A stretch of DNA of 53,411 nucleotides from an uncultured Acidimicrobiaceae bacterium (GCA_903906055.1 CAIVIS010000072.1:1-53411); one strand, 5' to 3'; positions 37,126-48,928 are shown, numbered from the stretch's first letter. Translations and numbers: made by a program. The notes: generated from the letters alone by a model not told the origin.

Positions 37126-38310
37126 ATGACGCACACCGGACAGCGCGACGTGGTCGTCGTCGGTGGGGGGATCATCGGCCTGGCCATCGCATGGCGAGCG
37201 GTATCGGCTGGCCTGTCGGTCACCGTGGTCGACCCTGACCCGGGCCGGGGCTCCACCTGGGCTGCGGCTGGCATGCTGGCCCCGGTGGCCGAGGCACAGT
37301 TCGGAGAGGAGTCGCTGGCTGCACTCAATCTGGCCGCCGTACGGGCCTGGCCGGGCTTTGCTGCAGCACTCGAAGCCGCCGCCGGCCAACCGGTGCACTT
37401 CCGGGCCGATGGGACCTTGTTGGTCGCTGGCGATCCCTCCGATCGAGCCGCCACTGACCGGGTGCTCGCCTTCCACCAGGCCATTGGGCTGGCTGCCGAG
37501 CGCCTGGGAGCACGGGCCTGTCGGGAGTCAGAGCCCCTGCTCGCTCCCGGCATCAGCGGAGGGGTGGACCTCCCCGACGATCATCAGGTCGACAACCGAA
37601 GCACGGTGGGAGCGCTGCTGGCGGCATGCGAGACCGGTGGCGTCTTGTTCGTGTCCGACGAAGTCACCCGAGTGGACATCCGAGACGACCGGGCCACTGG
37701 GGTGGAACTGTCGGATGGAACTCGGGTCGACGCGGGTGCAGTCGTAGTGGCTGCGGGCAGTCGGTCCGGAGCCCTCGGGGGGCTCCCCGAGGCAGTTCGG
37801 CCACCAGTGCGTCCGGTGCGCGGTGTCACCGTCCGGCTCCAGGCCGGACCGGGGATCCCCCGCTTGCGGCGTACAGTGCGCGCCCTGGTGCATGGACGCA
37901 CCTGCTATCTCGTCCCTCGCCACGATGGCGGCCTGGTGCTGGGGGCGACCATGGAAGAACGCGGATTCGACCTGTCGATCCCCCTCGGCGGGCTCGCCGA
38001 CCTGTTCGAGGACGCCCGCCGGGTGGTACCTGCGTTGGATGAGTACTCGGTGGTCGAGACCACGTCGGGCCTGCGGCCGGGGTCGCCCGACAACGGACCG
38101 ATCGTCGGACTGACCGAGGTGGTCGGACTGGTGATGGCCACCGGCCACTACCGCAACGGCATGCTGCTGGCCCCTCTGACCGCCGACGAAGTGGTCGGTC
38201 TGCTCGGATCCGGGTCGGGATCCTCCGACCCATCCCCCAGCCCGTTCGAGGCATTCCGGCCCGACCGGTTCTCCCCCGTTGTCACCGGTTGGCTCGGGAC
38301 CGACTCGTGA
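37126..38310 (+). CDS. thiO: Glycine oxidase (FAD-dependent), thiazole biosynthesis
   Basis: DVVVVGGGIIGLAIAWR FAD fold. Located immediately upstream of thiS-thiG. Confidence 0.8.
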   Translation: MTHTGQRDVVVVGGGIIGLAIAWRAVSAGLSVTVVDPDPGRGSTWAAAGMLAPVAEAQFGEESLAALNLAAVRAWPGFAAALEAAAGQPVHFRADGTLLVAGDPSDRAATDRVLAFHQAIGLAAERLGARACRESEPLLAPGISGGVDLPDDHQVDNRSTVGALLAACETGGVLFVSDEVTRVDIRDDRATGVELSDGTRVDAGAVVVAAGSRSGALGGLPEAVRPPVRPVRGVTVRLQAGPGIPRLRRTVRALVHGRTCYLVPRHDGGLVLGATMEERGFDLSIPLGGLADLFEDARRVVPALDEYSVVETTSGLRPGSPDNGPIVGLTEVVGLVMATGHYRNGMLLAPLTADEVVGLLGSGSGSSDPSPSPFEAFRPDRFSPVVTGWLGTDS

Positions 38311-38594
38311 CCAGGTCGGAGGATGACGGGACGACCGGACCCGTTGCGGATGCTCCGTTGACCGCGCCAGGCCCGGCACCAGCGCTGGCGACAGCCGTAG
38401 CGACGGTCAACGGCGAACCCTATGACCTGTACCCGGGATCAACCGTGTCCGACCTGGTGGCCGCCTGGTGTCCCTCTCCTCGTGGGGTGGCTGTGGCCAT
38501 CGACAGCGAAGTGGTGCCGCGGAGCACCTGGAATGCGACTCGGATCGAACCCGGCGTCACCATCGAGATCGTCACTGCGGCCGCCGGGGGCTGA
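38307..38594 (+). CDS. thiS: Sulfur-carrier protein ThiS (with N-terminal extension)
   Basis: The C-terminus ...IEIVTAAAGG ends in Gly-Gly. GTG 38307 overlaps the thiO stop (GTGA). An alternative ATG lies at 38289. Confidence 0.8.
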   Translation: MTRSEDDGTTGPVADAPLTAPGPAPALATAVATVNGEPYDLYPGSTVSDLVAAWCPSPRGVAVAIDSEVVPRSTWNATRIEPGVTIEIVTAAAGG

Positions 38595-38619
38595 CTCGGG
38601 GCACCGTGGCGACCCTTAG

Positions 38620-40346
<1,727 letters not shown>

Positions 40347-40412
40347 GGCCCAGGCTCGCCAGGGCGGCCGGAGTAAGCGGGCAGGTCCACGACATCTGTC
40401 TCATGGCGCGTC

Positions 40413-40440
40413 AGAGGCCGGGTCTTGCGACCCGGCCTCT
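40413..40440 (+). terminator. Perfect 12-bp-stem hairpin downstream of thiD
   Basis: agaggccgggtc / ttgc / gacccggcctct. It lies 67 nt after the thiD stop and has no U-tract. Confidence 0.6.
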
Positions 40441-40733
40441 CACTCCCCCGAATCCCCCCCCGGAATTCCCCCGTACCACTGGAACGTCCTGATCCAATCG
40501 GATCGGGACTCCCCTCCTTTTGATGGAGGCTTCTGTGCCTCCATCGACCACGGCATTGTGAAGGAACTCGACCCAGATGTAAACAGTTGGTGAACACATA
40601 TCACGCGCAGCGTTCGGTCCATCACTCATCGTGGTTCTTTGGCGGCTGCATGCCGAATCGGGCCCGGTGGCTGCGGGCCACGAGTCAGACAATCCGACCA
40701 CGAGTTCGGGATCCTCCCATTACCGTGAAGACC

Positions 40734-41189
40734 ATGATCTCCAGCCTCCCCCGTCGCCTGGCGCAGAGCATCGCCATCGGCCGCATCGGCATCGGGTGCA
40801 CCGCCCTGGTGGCGCCGACCCTGATGGTCCGACCGTGGATCGGCGACTCGGCCGGAAATCCAGACGTCCGGCTTCTGGCTCGTACCATGGGGGGCCGCGA
40901 TCTGGCATTAGGCCTAGGAACCCTTCGGGCGCTGGCGGTAGCCAATACCGAGGCCCGCCCGTGGGTCGCCCTATCGGGCATGGCCGACGCCGTCGATGCC
41001 ACCGTGACCGTGCTGGCCTTTCGTCGGCTGCCCCCTGTCACCCGCTGGGCCATCCTGGCATCCACAGTAGGAGCAGCGGTGCTCTCCTTCCGAGTGGCCG
41101 TCGCCCTCGAGCCGCCCATCAGCCCGGCCCAGACCACCGACGTTGCCGCCGATGTTGCCGCCGACGGTCGGAGGCCAGCGACCCCCTGA
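40734..41189 (+). CDS. Hypothetical membrane protein (151 aa)
   Basis: ATG 40734 (MISSLPRRLAQSIAIGRIGIGCTALVAP...). Three to four hydrophobic segments. The upstream part of the track ORF is low-GC and not protein-like. Confidence 0.55.
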   Translation: MISSLPRRLAQSIAIGRIGIGCTALVAPTLMVRPWIGDSAGNPDVRLLARTMGGRDLALGLGTLRALAVANTEARPWVALSGMADAVDATVTVLAFRRLPPVTRWAILASTVGAAVLSFRVAVALEPPISPAQTTDVAADVAADGRRPATP

Positions 41190-41263
41190 TCTCCATCCGG
41201 GATCACCCGTCAACTGACTGGGGCTGGCGATGGCCCCTCGAGCGCCCCCGGTAGCATGCGGAC

Positions 41264-41938
41264 ATGGCTGCGAACCCTGGGGATGTTCCATCGACCATCG
41301 CCGACCCAGAGCCATCCGAGGCGACTGGGGCGTCTGAGGCACCCGTGGCGTCTGAGGCGCCCGTGCCGGCCTCCTCCCTGGCCTACGAGCCGATGTCGGT
41401 CCGTGGACCGGCCTTGGTCGTCCTCGGACTGGCGGTATTCCTTCTGATCGGCGGGGTGGTGGCCTCGGCTATCAGCAGCGGCTCCAACCCGTCCTTCACC
41501 ATCCGTAAGGTCACCTTGGCCGACGGCACGGTCGTGGCCCTCGCCCCAGCCACCCACAAACTGCAGTCCATCGTGAACAACGGCCAACCCCCGGCCGACA
41601 TCATCGGCAACCTGGGTGTCCTCAAGCGGTCCACCGTGGGCACCACCGTCAACTCGGATCAGCACGTTGCGCAGTTCGACCGGACCGTCACCCTCACCAG
41701 CCTGCTGGCCCAGGGCCAGGTGATCGAGGCCTATAGCAAGATGTTCCGGGCCGTTGGTTGGCAGATCATCTACAGCGGTCCCGCCCCCCAGGGGACGCCG
41801 GGATCGACCGAGGTCCTGGCCAAACGGGGCAGTGGGGACGGTTTCTACTGGGAGACGGGCGTCGTGGTCTCCCCCACCACACCGACTGGCTCCACGCCGT
41901 ACTCGCTGGAGCTGTTCGAGACCCCTGACGGCAACTGA
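41264..41938 (+). CDS. Single-pass membrane-anchored hypothetical protein
   Basis: Acidic/Pro-rich N-tail with an 18-bp x2 repeat (ASEAPVASEAPV, 41330-41365). TM segment PALVVLGLAVFLLIGGVVASAI. About 150-aa extracytoplasmic domain, family not recognised. Confidence 0.6.
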   Translation: MAANPGDVPSTIADPEPSEATGASEAPVASEAPVPASSLAYEPMSVRGPALVVLGLAVFLLIGGVVASAISSGSNPSFTIRKVTLADGTVVALAPATHKLQSIVNNGQPPADIIGNLGVLKRSTVGTTVNSDQHVAQFDRTVTLTSLLAQGQVIEAYSKMFRAVGWQIIYSGPAPQGTPGSTEVLAKRGSGDGFYWETGVVVSPTTPTGSTPYSLELFETPDGN

Positions 41939-43371
41939 CCGTCACCCGTGTCGTCGGATGCCGGCGGTGGCATCACTTGGAGCGGATCCTCGGCACGCCG
42001 GAACATCCATGCCCATAAGAACAGGTTGATCGGATAGAGCACGTAGCCGACCCTGGTGGCCGGGGCGAGCAGGATCGCGATCAGCATCACCCATCCAGCC
42101 AGCGAGGTGACGGCTGCCGCATTGCCAGGGGGGTTGCGGATCAGCCGACGGGCCAGGACGGCCAGGCCGAGGATGACAGCGACGATCACGTACGTTCGAT
42201 GGATACCAGGGAACGCCGACACCAGCAGGTGTCCGGGCAGGGCGCTGGCCGCCGGGGACGCCACTCCTGCGAGCCCGAGGGGGAACTTGATCACATTGTC
42301 GATGAAGGCCGACGGATTGAGCACGGCCACCGGGAAGACCACCGGCACCACCAGTGCCAGAACTGCGACGATGTAGCGCCCGATGGCCCGACGACCCTTG
42401 AGGTCGGTAGCAGCAAACAGGGCCAGGAATACCAACGGCCACGCCGTGAACTTGAGGGTGCTGGCCGCCCCGAGGGCCAAGCCAGCCAGTACCGGTCTTC
42501 GGCGCTGCAGGGCGACCAGGCCGAGCAGCATCAGCGCTACTACCGGCATGTCGTCGCCTCCGGTGGCCAGCGGCAGCGCAGCGGTAGGTAGGACGCTCAT
42601 GGCCTGGAAGGACCGGGTACGGGCATCGGTGGACGGTCGGATGCGGCTGAGGGCGATACAGGTGATGAGCAGCGTGAACAGCAAGAACTGGATCCGGGCA
42701 TCGGTGAGACGGGCCTCTACCTTGCTCCCGCTGGAGAAACCGAATACCACCATGCCGGGCAGGTACGGGTAGTAGAGCTCGTAGACCGGGATAGCACTCT
42801 GGCGGATGAGGATGTGGCCCTGGCGGTCGACCACTTGGTAGGGGTCTTGACCGTGGGCGGCCCGGATGCCGGCCCGCTCCACCACGAGCACCTCGGGCTG
42901 CACGTGGAGAGCAGCGTTCCCTTGTGCGGCCCAGACCACCTCGAGGGCGAGCGGCACCACCGTCGCTCCCAACAGCACGATGACGAACGCAGCCAGCCGG
43001 GCGGTCCTCCATCGGTGTAGCGGGCGGTACCAGGTGGTGGCTGCGGTCGCCGTCGGGGCATCCCCGGCATCGCTGCGTTCTGCCTCCCCGTCAGGGTCAG
43101 TGTCACAGTCCGCTACGGGAACAAGGGGGGGCCGAGTAGAGCGCCGTCGGGCTACCACCACCATGAGCACGGTCGCCACCGTGTACGGACCGACGGCCAG
43201 CTGTCCCCACTGGCGGTAGAGCGGGATCCCCACCGCCAGCGCCGTCACCCCAGCGAACAAAGCAGACATCCCGTACAGAAAGGCGTCCCGGCCCTCGGCG
43301 GACAGCGACCGGAGCCAGTTCAGCACCGTGCTCACCGGACCCCGTGCCCACCACGCCTGATCACTGGTCAT
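41845..43371 (-). CDS. Polytopic membrane protein, GT-C type glycosyltransferase-like (DUF2029/GT87-like)
   Basis: More than 10 hydrophobic helices. The early loop YELYYPYLPGMVVFG resembles GT87/DUF2029 proteins. GAGG lies 5 nt before ATG 43371, which overlaps the upstream peptidase stop. Confidence 0.55.
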   Translation of the reverse strand: MTSDQAWWARGPVSTVLNWLRSLSAEGRDAFLYGMSALFAGVTALAVGIPLYRQWGQLAVGPYTVATVLMVVVARRRSTRPPLVPVADCDTDPDGEAERSDAGDAPTATAATTWYRPLHRWRTARLAAFVIVLLGATVVPLALEVVWAAQGNAALHVQPEVLVVERAGIRAAHGQDPYQVVDRQGHILIRQSAIPVYELYYPYLPGMVVFGFSSGSKVEARLTDARIQFLLFTLLITCIALSRIRPSTDARTRSFQAMSVLPTAALPLATGGDDMPVVALMLLGLVALQRRRPVLAGLALGAASTLKFTAWPLVFLALFAATDLKGRRAIGRYIVAVLALVVPVVFPVAVLNPSAFIDNVIKFPLGLAGVASPAASALPGHLLVSAFPGIHRTYVIVAVILGLAVLARRLIRNPPGNAAAVTSLAGWVMLIAILLAPATRVGYVLYPINLFLWAWMFRRAEDPLQVMPPPASDDTGDGQLPSGVSNSSSEYGVEPVGVVGETTTPVSQ

Positions 43372-45382
43372 GGGGACCTCCCATGGCGAACAACTCGCGG
43401 TAGAAGGCGAGTTCGGCCTCGAGAGCGGCCTCGATGGTGTCGGCCCTGCGGAACCCGTGGGACTCCCCGTCGAACACCACCAACCGGCAGTCGGTCCCGG
43501 CCGCCAGCAACTCGGACGCGTAGCGCTCGGCCTGGTCGACCGGCACGATCGGGTCCTGCGACCCCTGGAGCAGCAGCACTCGGCCGACCACGTCGCCCGC
43601 ATGATGCACCGGCGAACGCTCCCGGTAGAGATCGGCGGCATCAGGTAGTGGGCCGACCAGTCCATCCAGGTACCGGGACTCGAAATCGTGAGTGTCGGCC
43701 GCCAGCGCCATCAGATCGGTCACCCCATACCAGGCCACCGCCCCGGCGAAGCACCGGGCTCGGATGAGCGCCGCCAGAGCGGTGAGCCCGCCAGCACTAG
43801 TGCCTCGGATGGCCATCCGCCCACCATCGACCAGCCCATCGGCCGCCAAGGACTCGGCATAGGACACGCAGTCGTCGACATCGGCCTCCCCCCATGCCCC
43901 GTGCAGTAGATCTCGGTAGTCCCGGCCGTATCCAGTGCTCCCTCGATAGTCGACACTGGCCACCGCTATCCCTCGGCTGGTGAAGAACTGGACGACTGGG
44001 TCGTACCCGGGTTCGGCCCGAGCAGTTGGGCCTCCATGGCAGAACACGACCAGAGGTGGGGGAACTCGGCCTGCCTGGCCAAGAGGCGCATAGAACTGCC
44101 CCGGGACCGCCGTGGTGCCCGACGTGGCGATCCGCGGCACCGCCACCGACACCTGTTCGACCGAGATCGTCGCCATTGGTGGTGCGCTCAGTCGAACAGG
44201 TGCGGCCCGGCCTTCGAGGTCGACGGCCAGCACGGTGTGGGCCTCGGTAGATGTCGATCCCAATACGACGGCAGACTTGCCGTCCGGGCTGACCACGGCC
44301 GACAGGCTGATGCACGGCTGCTCGATCTCGTCCAACACCCAACCAGGAGAGTCCGGACCGGCGGATGGGGGCCGCAGGACCACCAGACGGTCTCGCCCGG
44401 ATGCACACATACGAGCCACGAGGGAACCGTCGCGGAGTTCGTCGAAGGTGTGCTGGCCGAAGACCCAGTCCGGCCCGTGGAACTCCGCACTGGTATCCAC
44501 CAGGGCAAACGCTGCAACCGAGGCCAGGGGGCCGTCGAACTGCCCCGGTGCCACCCGGTACGGGAGCCACCAGCCAGAGCGGTCGTCGACGAACAAGAGG
44601 CCGCCATCACGGCACCAGTAGGGCTGACCTACCGATACCCCAGGGCCACCTGCCACCACCGTCGGTACTCCGACGGTGATCGAGGTGCCGTCCATGGATA
44701 ATGGGGCGACCTGCAGGGTCGACGAGTCCCACGGCATGTCCGGATGACTCCAGGCCAACCACGCCAGCCACCGCCCGTCGGGGGATGGACGGGGAGCAGC
44801 CACGAATCCCCCCACATCCACCAGGGTCGTCGTTGCAGCCGTGCCATCCGCGGGCATGGCCACCAGTCGATGGCGTGTGGTCGCCTCACCGACCTCCTCT
44901 TGGACTGACAGCCACCATCGACCGTCGCCTGTCGCGCGTCCATCGGCGTGTCGGATAGGCGTGTCGCCTGCATGCAACGCTCCCAGCCGCAAGGGGTGGG
45001 AGCCTGCCGTCGGGTCGACTCGATACCAGGCCTGATCGTCCTGATCCACGTAGTGCACGATGCCGCCGGCCACGGTGGCCGCACCGCCGCCATATTCGTG
45101 GACCCGGCTGCGCACGCCTACTCCTGACGGCGAGGCGTCCTGGGGTACATCAGACGGGCCAGCACCGGGGTCGGTCCCGACCACGACCTGACGGCCGCCC
45201 TCGGACGGTCTGGACTCGATCCAGTAGACCTGGCCCCCATCAGCTTGCAGCCCGCTACGCCCGATCTTGCCCCCAGCCACCTCGGCCGCCGTCCACGGAG
45301 ATGACCGCGGCACAGCCGACTGCGATCGGGAGATCGACCCGTCTAGCGGCGCCTGATCCCCGGGTGGCTGCTCGATTGTCAT
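43361..45382 (-). CDS. S9-family serine peptidase (prolyl oligopeptidase/acylaminoacyl-peptidase type)
   Basis: N-terminal beta-propeller-like region plus a C-terminal alpha/beta hydrolase with the nucleophile elbow GTSAGG and a downstream D...H. Confidence 0.88.
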   Translation of the reverse strand: MTIEQPPGDQAPLDGSISRSQSAVPRSSPWTAAEVAGGKIGRSGLQADGGQVYWIESRPSEGGRQVVVGTDPGAGPSDVPQDASPSGVGVRSRVHEYGGGAATVAGGIVHYVDQDDQAWYRVDPTAGSHPLRLGALHAGDTPIRHADGRATGDGRWWLSVQEEVGEATTRHRLVAMPADGTAATTTLVDVGGFVAAPRPSPDGRWLAWLAWSHPDMPWDSSTLQVAPLSMDGTSITVGVPTVVAGGPGVSVGQPYWCRDGGLLFVDDRSGWWLPYRVAPGQFDGPLASVAAFALVDTSAEFHGPDWVFGQHTFDELRDGSLVARMCASGRDRLVVLRPPSAGPDSPGWVLDEIEQPCISLSAVVSPDGKSAVVLGSTSTEAHTVLAVDLEGRAAPVRLSAPPMATISVEQVSVAVPRIATSGTTAVPGQFYAPLGQAGRVPPPLVVFCHGGPTARAEPGYDPVVQFFTSRGIAVASVDYRGSTGYGRDYRDLLHGAWGEADVDDCVSYAESLAADGLVDGGRMAIRGTSAGGLTALAALIRARCFAGAVAWYGVTDLMALAADTHDFESRYLDGLVGPLPDAADLYRERSPVHHAGDVVGRVLLLQGSQDPIVPVDQAERYASELLAAGTDCRLVVFDGESHGFRRADTIEAALEAELAFYRELFAMGGPHDQ

Positions 45383-45403
45383 GGAATCTGTACGGTACCT
45401 GCA

Positions 45404-46459
45404 ATGGCATCCCCACCACCTCCTCTTGACGCCGAAGTCGTCGCATCCCAGGCCCGTGCTGCAGGAGAACCGTTTCCTGCCTTCCTGGTGACCCGGGACG
45501 GCGAGTCGGTGGCGTGCGGCGTATCGGCGCTCGTCCTCGAGGATCTGCCCCCTGGTGAGGTCGTGGTCGAGGTGGCCTGGTCGGCGGTGAACTTCAAGGA
45601 TGCCATGGTGACCCGGCCCGGCAACCGGGTGGCTCGGACGTCGCCCTTGGTCCCTGGGGTGGATCTCGTGGGCCGGGTGGTGGCATCAGTGGATCCATCC
45701 ATCACCATCGGCGCCGACGTCATCGTCCACGGCTACGACCTCGGAGTGGCCCGCCACGGTGGGTTCGCCCGCTATGCCCGGGTCCCCTCAGGATGGGTCG
45801 TACCACTGCCCTTTGGGCTGTCTGCCCGGCATGCTGCGGCCCTGGGCACCGCCGGGTTCACCGCCGCGTTGTCGCTGAGCCGTCTAGAGGAACACGGACT
45901 GGCGCCCGGGGCTGGCCCGGTACTGGTCACCGGTGCCTCGGGTGGAGTCGGGGGCATGGCGGTAGCCCTGTGCGCCTCACGCGGCTACGACGTAGTGGCC
46001 AGCACGGGGCGTCTGGCCGAGCGCCAGTATCTGCTCGGACTGGGTGCATCCGAGGTCATCGGGCGCGACGACCTGTCTGTCGATCCGGAACGGACATTGG
46101 GACCTGAACGGTGGGCCGGAGCCATCGACTGCGTGGGGGGAGCCACCTTGTCGGCCGTGCTACGGAGCCTCTGTTATGGAGGAGCCGTGGCCGCCAGTGG
46201 GCTCACCGGAGGGAGTTCGTTCGAATCGACCGTCTATCCGTTCATCGTTCGCAACGCGTCGCTGCTGGGCATCGACACCGTCCAGACCCCGATCGATGAG
46301 CGAACGGCCGTGTGGTCCGAGATGGCCGCCACGTTCGCCACTGACCGCATCGATTCGCTGATCGAGGGCGAAGTCGACCTCGACGGACTGCCTCCGGTGC
46401 TCGAGTCCATCTTGGCCGGACAGGTCCGGGGTCGGATGCTGGTGCGCCCCGGGCGCTGA
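45404..46459 (+). CDS. MDR-superfamily NADPH:quinone/acrylyl-CoA reductase (YhdH/YhfP family)
   Basis: VEVAWSAVNFKDAMV, VLVTGASGGVGGMAV and GRMLVRP blocks. Confidence 0.85.
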   Translation: MASPPPPLDAEVVASQARAAGEPFPAFLVTRDGESVACGVSALVLEDLPPGEVVVEVAWSAVNFKDAMVTRPGNRVARTSPLVPGVDLVGRVVASVDPSITIGADVIVHGYDLGVARHGGFARYARVPSGWVVPLPFGLSARHAAALGTAGFTAALSLSRLEEHGLAPGAGPVLVTGASGGVGGMAVALCASRGYDVVASTGRLAERQYLLGLGASEVIGRDDLSVDPERTLGPERWAGAIDCVGGATLSAVLRSLCYGGAVAASGLTGGSSFESTVYPFIVRNASLLGIDTVQTPIDERTAVWSEMAATFATDRIDSLIEGEVDLDGLPPVLESILAGQVRGRMLVRPGR

Positions 46460-46547
46460 TCGCCACCGGAAGCCACATACGGGACCCCAGGAGTCGGCCG
46501 TCCGCCGAGCACGAGGCTGCTTCAGGCGGAGAAGACCTCCGGACTGC

Positions 46548-47066
46548 CTAGGAGGAGAAGTCCTCCGGATTGATGGTGTCGAGGAAGCTCCGAAACTCCC
46601 CGACGATCTCTTCGGGGTTTCCGTCGGGCGCCTCCCCAGAACCCTCGGAGTCCTCCTCGTCGACGGCGAGCATGATCCCTTCGACATCCATAAGCTCATC
46701 GGCCACAAACAGTGGGGCGCCGGTACGGACCGCCACCGCTACCGCATCGGACGGCCGGGAAGATACCGCTATCTCCACACCGCCCTGTCGCAGGACGATC
46801 TCGGCGTAGTAGGTGCTGTCCCGGAGTTCAGTAACCACCACCCGGAGCACCTCGGAACCGAGCGCTTCGAGGAGGTCGGCGATCAGGTCGTGCGTCATCG
46901 GCCTCGGGGTAGCCATGCCCTGCAGGGCAAAGGCGATGGCTGTCGCTTCGGGCGCACCGATGAAGATCGGCAGCGTCCGCCCCAGCCCCTCGGGCTCTTG
47001 GAGGAGCAGGACTGGCGTGTTCGACTGCAGATCTACCCGAACCGCACGGAGCCGCACTTCGACCAT
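46548..47066 (-). CDS. Bifunctional nuclease (BFN/DUF151) family protein
   Basis: PVLLLQEPEGLGRTLPIFIGAPEATAIAFAL...PRPMTHDL and VVVTELRDSTYYAEI. Its position after the MerR gene matches the mycobacterial Rv1828-Rv1829 arrangement. Confidence 0.85.
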   Translation of the reverse strand: MVEVRLRAVRVDLQSNTPVLLLQEPEGLGRTLPIFIGAPEATAIAFALQGMATPRPMTHDLIADLLEALGSEVLRVVVTELRDSTYYAEIVLRQGGVEIAVSSRPSDAVAVAVRTGAPLFVADELMDVEGIMLAVDEEDSEGSGEAPDGNPEEIVGEFRSFLDTINPEDFSS

Positions 47067-47132
47067 GGGTGCCAACCTACTCGGCGTCACCGGACTCCGC
47101 AGCACGGGGCTACTGCGCCCACACGGTTGGCC

Positions 47133-48398
47133 TCAGCCGTTGAGCAGGCTGCCCAGAGCGCTCCGCAGCAACGAGCCCTTGAGCTCCTGGCCCAGTCTGG
47201 CCAGTTCGTCAGCGCTCTCCACGGCCCGAGCCCGGGCCTCGGGATTGCGCTGGCGCACCATCGGGATCACGATCTGCTCGATGAACCCCGCCTCGCGGTC
47301 GGCAGCATTCTTGTAGAGCCGGAGGTGGCGCGCTTCGATTCCGAAGGCGGAGAACTCGGCGGCCACCTTGGCTACAGCCAGCGCGTCCTCGTCGAAGTAC
47401 TCGCCGCCGGCAATCGAGGCCGGGGAGATCAGGCCGAACTCCCGCAGCTGGTTCATGTACGCCTCGGAAAGGCCGCTGTTGGCGATGAGCTCCGCCATCG
47501 AGAACATGGCGCCGTCCGTCCGGGGGACCCTCGAGGCTGGCGCACCGGCGGAGGGACCACCAGGCAGGGTCGTCTTGGCTCCAACGGGGGCCGTCACCGG
47601 ATCAGAGCGGCGCACTCCGGCCATCGGAGCCGGTTCGGTGGGTGCAGGGGTCAGCCCCACATCCGAGGAACTCGAGAGCACGGCTGAACCGCTTGACTCG
47701 CTGGTCGATCGGGGCATGTCGTCGACGGGGCGGGCCTGAGAGGTCGCAAGATTGGCCCGGTGCGCTCGCCCTACCGGCACCGACTGGCTGGCCCCGGCCG
47801 AACCGGCCGAACCGGTGGGCGATGCCGACGCCGAGGCGCCGGCGGTGAGCCCTCCGACTGCGGCTCCAGAAAGGACGAGCGAGGAGTCACGACCAGCGGT
47901 TCCGCTCTCGTCGGACAGAGCCGCTTCCCCCGCTACCTGGCCGACCAGGACCGGTTCGGCGGAGGCGGCGGGTGCTGCTTGCGCTGGCACCGCTGCGGCG
48001 GCAGTCGTTCCGTTGGCCGTTCCACTGGCGGTTCCACTGGCCGTTCCACTGGCCGTTCCACTGGCGGTTCCGTTGGCCGTTCCGTTGGCCGCGCCACTGG
48101 CCGTTCCGTTGGCCGCGCCAGCGCCTGCCTTCGCCGACTTACCCGCACCCTGAGTCTCTTCGCCGAGGCGGTCCTTGATGACCTTGAGCGGCAAGAAGTG
48201 CTCGCGCTGCTGGCGCAGGACCCAGCGCAGTCGCTCGACGTCGTGCTCGTAGAACTTGCGATATCCCGACGGGGTCCGCTCCGGATTCACCAGACCTTGG
48301 CTCTCCAGAAAGCGGATCTTGGAGATGGTCACGTCCGGGAACTCCTGGCGCAGCAGGGTCAGGACGTCACCGATGGACAGGTAGGACCGTGCACTCAC
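47133..48398 (-). CDS. MerR-family regulator with two MerR-like modules and a long repetitive linker (Rv1828/FtsR-like)
   Basis: N-terminal [45 protein letters not shown]-terminal MerR-like block [31 protein letters not shown] start overlaps the FHA gene stop (GTGA). Confidence 0.85.
   Translation of the reverse strand: MSARSYLSIGDVLTLLRQEFPDVTISKIRFLESQGLVNPERTPSGYRKFYEHDVERLRWVLRQQREHFLPLKVIKDRLGEETQGAGKSAKAGAGAANGTASGAANGTANGTASGTASGTASGTASGTANGTTAAAAVPAQAAPAASAEPVLVGQVAGEAALSDESGTAGRDSSLVLSGAAVGGLTAGASASASPTGSAGSAGASQSVPVGRAHRANLATSQARPVDDMPRSTSESSGSAVLSSSSDVGLTPAPTEPAPMAGVRRSDPVTAPVGAKTTLPGGPSAGAPASRVPRTDGAMFSMAELIANSGLSEAYMNQLREFGLISPASIAGGEYFDEDALAVAKVAAEFSAFGIEARHLRLYKNAADREAGFIEQIVIPMVRQRNPEARARAVESADELARLGQELKGSLLRSALGSLLNG
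48007..48126. repeat. In-frame 12-bp tandem repeat (gttccactggcc / gttccgttggcc variants), about 10 units, inside the MerR gene
   Basis: Units every 12 nt from 48007. On the minus strand they encode (A/S)(N/S)GT repeats: [35 protein letters not shown]. Confidence 0.9.
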
Positions 48399-48928
48399 TC
48401 GGCAATACCCCGCAGGTAGACCAACTTGAACTTGCCCACTTGCACTTCGTCACCGCTGGCCAGGACCGACTGCTCGATGCGCTGGCGGTTCACATAGGTG
48501 CCATTGAGGGATCCGGCGTCGCGCACCGTCGTCGTCTGTCCCTCGGTCACGAAGACGGCATGTCGGCGGGACACGGTCACGTCATCGAGGAAGACGTCGC
48601 TGTCCGGGTGGCGTCCGACCGTGGTCTGCTCCTTCTCGAGCGGAAACCGAGGCCCTTCGTCACTCCCTCGTCGGATGACCAAGAGGCCGACCCCGCGAGG
48701 AAGCTCGAGCTGTCCGACAGGAGGGGCGGCAACTGCATCCGACACATCGTCGATGGGGCTGACCGACACCGAGGTATCGCCGACCGACGTCAGCATCGAT
48801 GCTCCGCAGGCGGAGCAGTAGTTCACCCCTTCAGGGTTTCGATGGCCGCAGCTGTGGCAGAACACGTAGTCCAACGTAGTCGCTCCGTCGAGTCCGTTCC
48901 GTACCGACTTCGAGTCGGCGGAGATCAA
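48395..48928 (-). CDS. FHA-domain protein with an N-terminal zinc-ribbon (GarA/OdhI-position homologue)
   Basis: [19 protein letters not shown] zinc-ribbon. FHA block [24 protein letters not shown]...[11 protein letters not shown]. Lies between gcvH and the MerR gene as garA does in mycobacteria. Confidence 0.85.
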   Translation of the reverse strand: MISADSKSVRNGLDGATTLDYVFCHSCGHRNPEGVNYCSACGASMLTSVGDTSVSVSPIDDVSDAVAAPPVGQLELPRGVGLLVIRRGSDEGPRFPLEKEQTTVGRHPDSDVFLDDVTVSRRHAVFVTEGQTTTVRDAGSLNGTYVNRQRIEQSVLASGDEVQVGKFKLVYLRGIAE

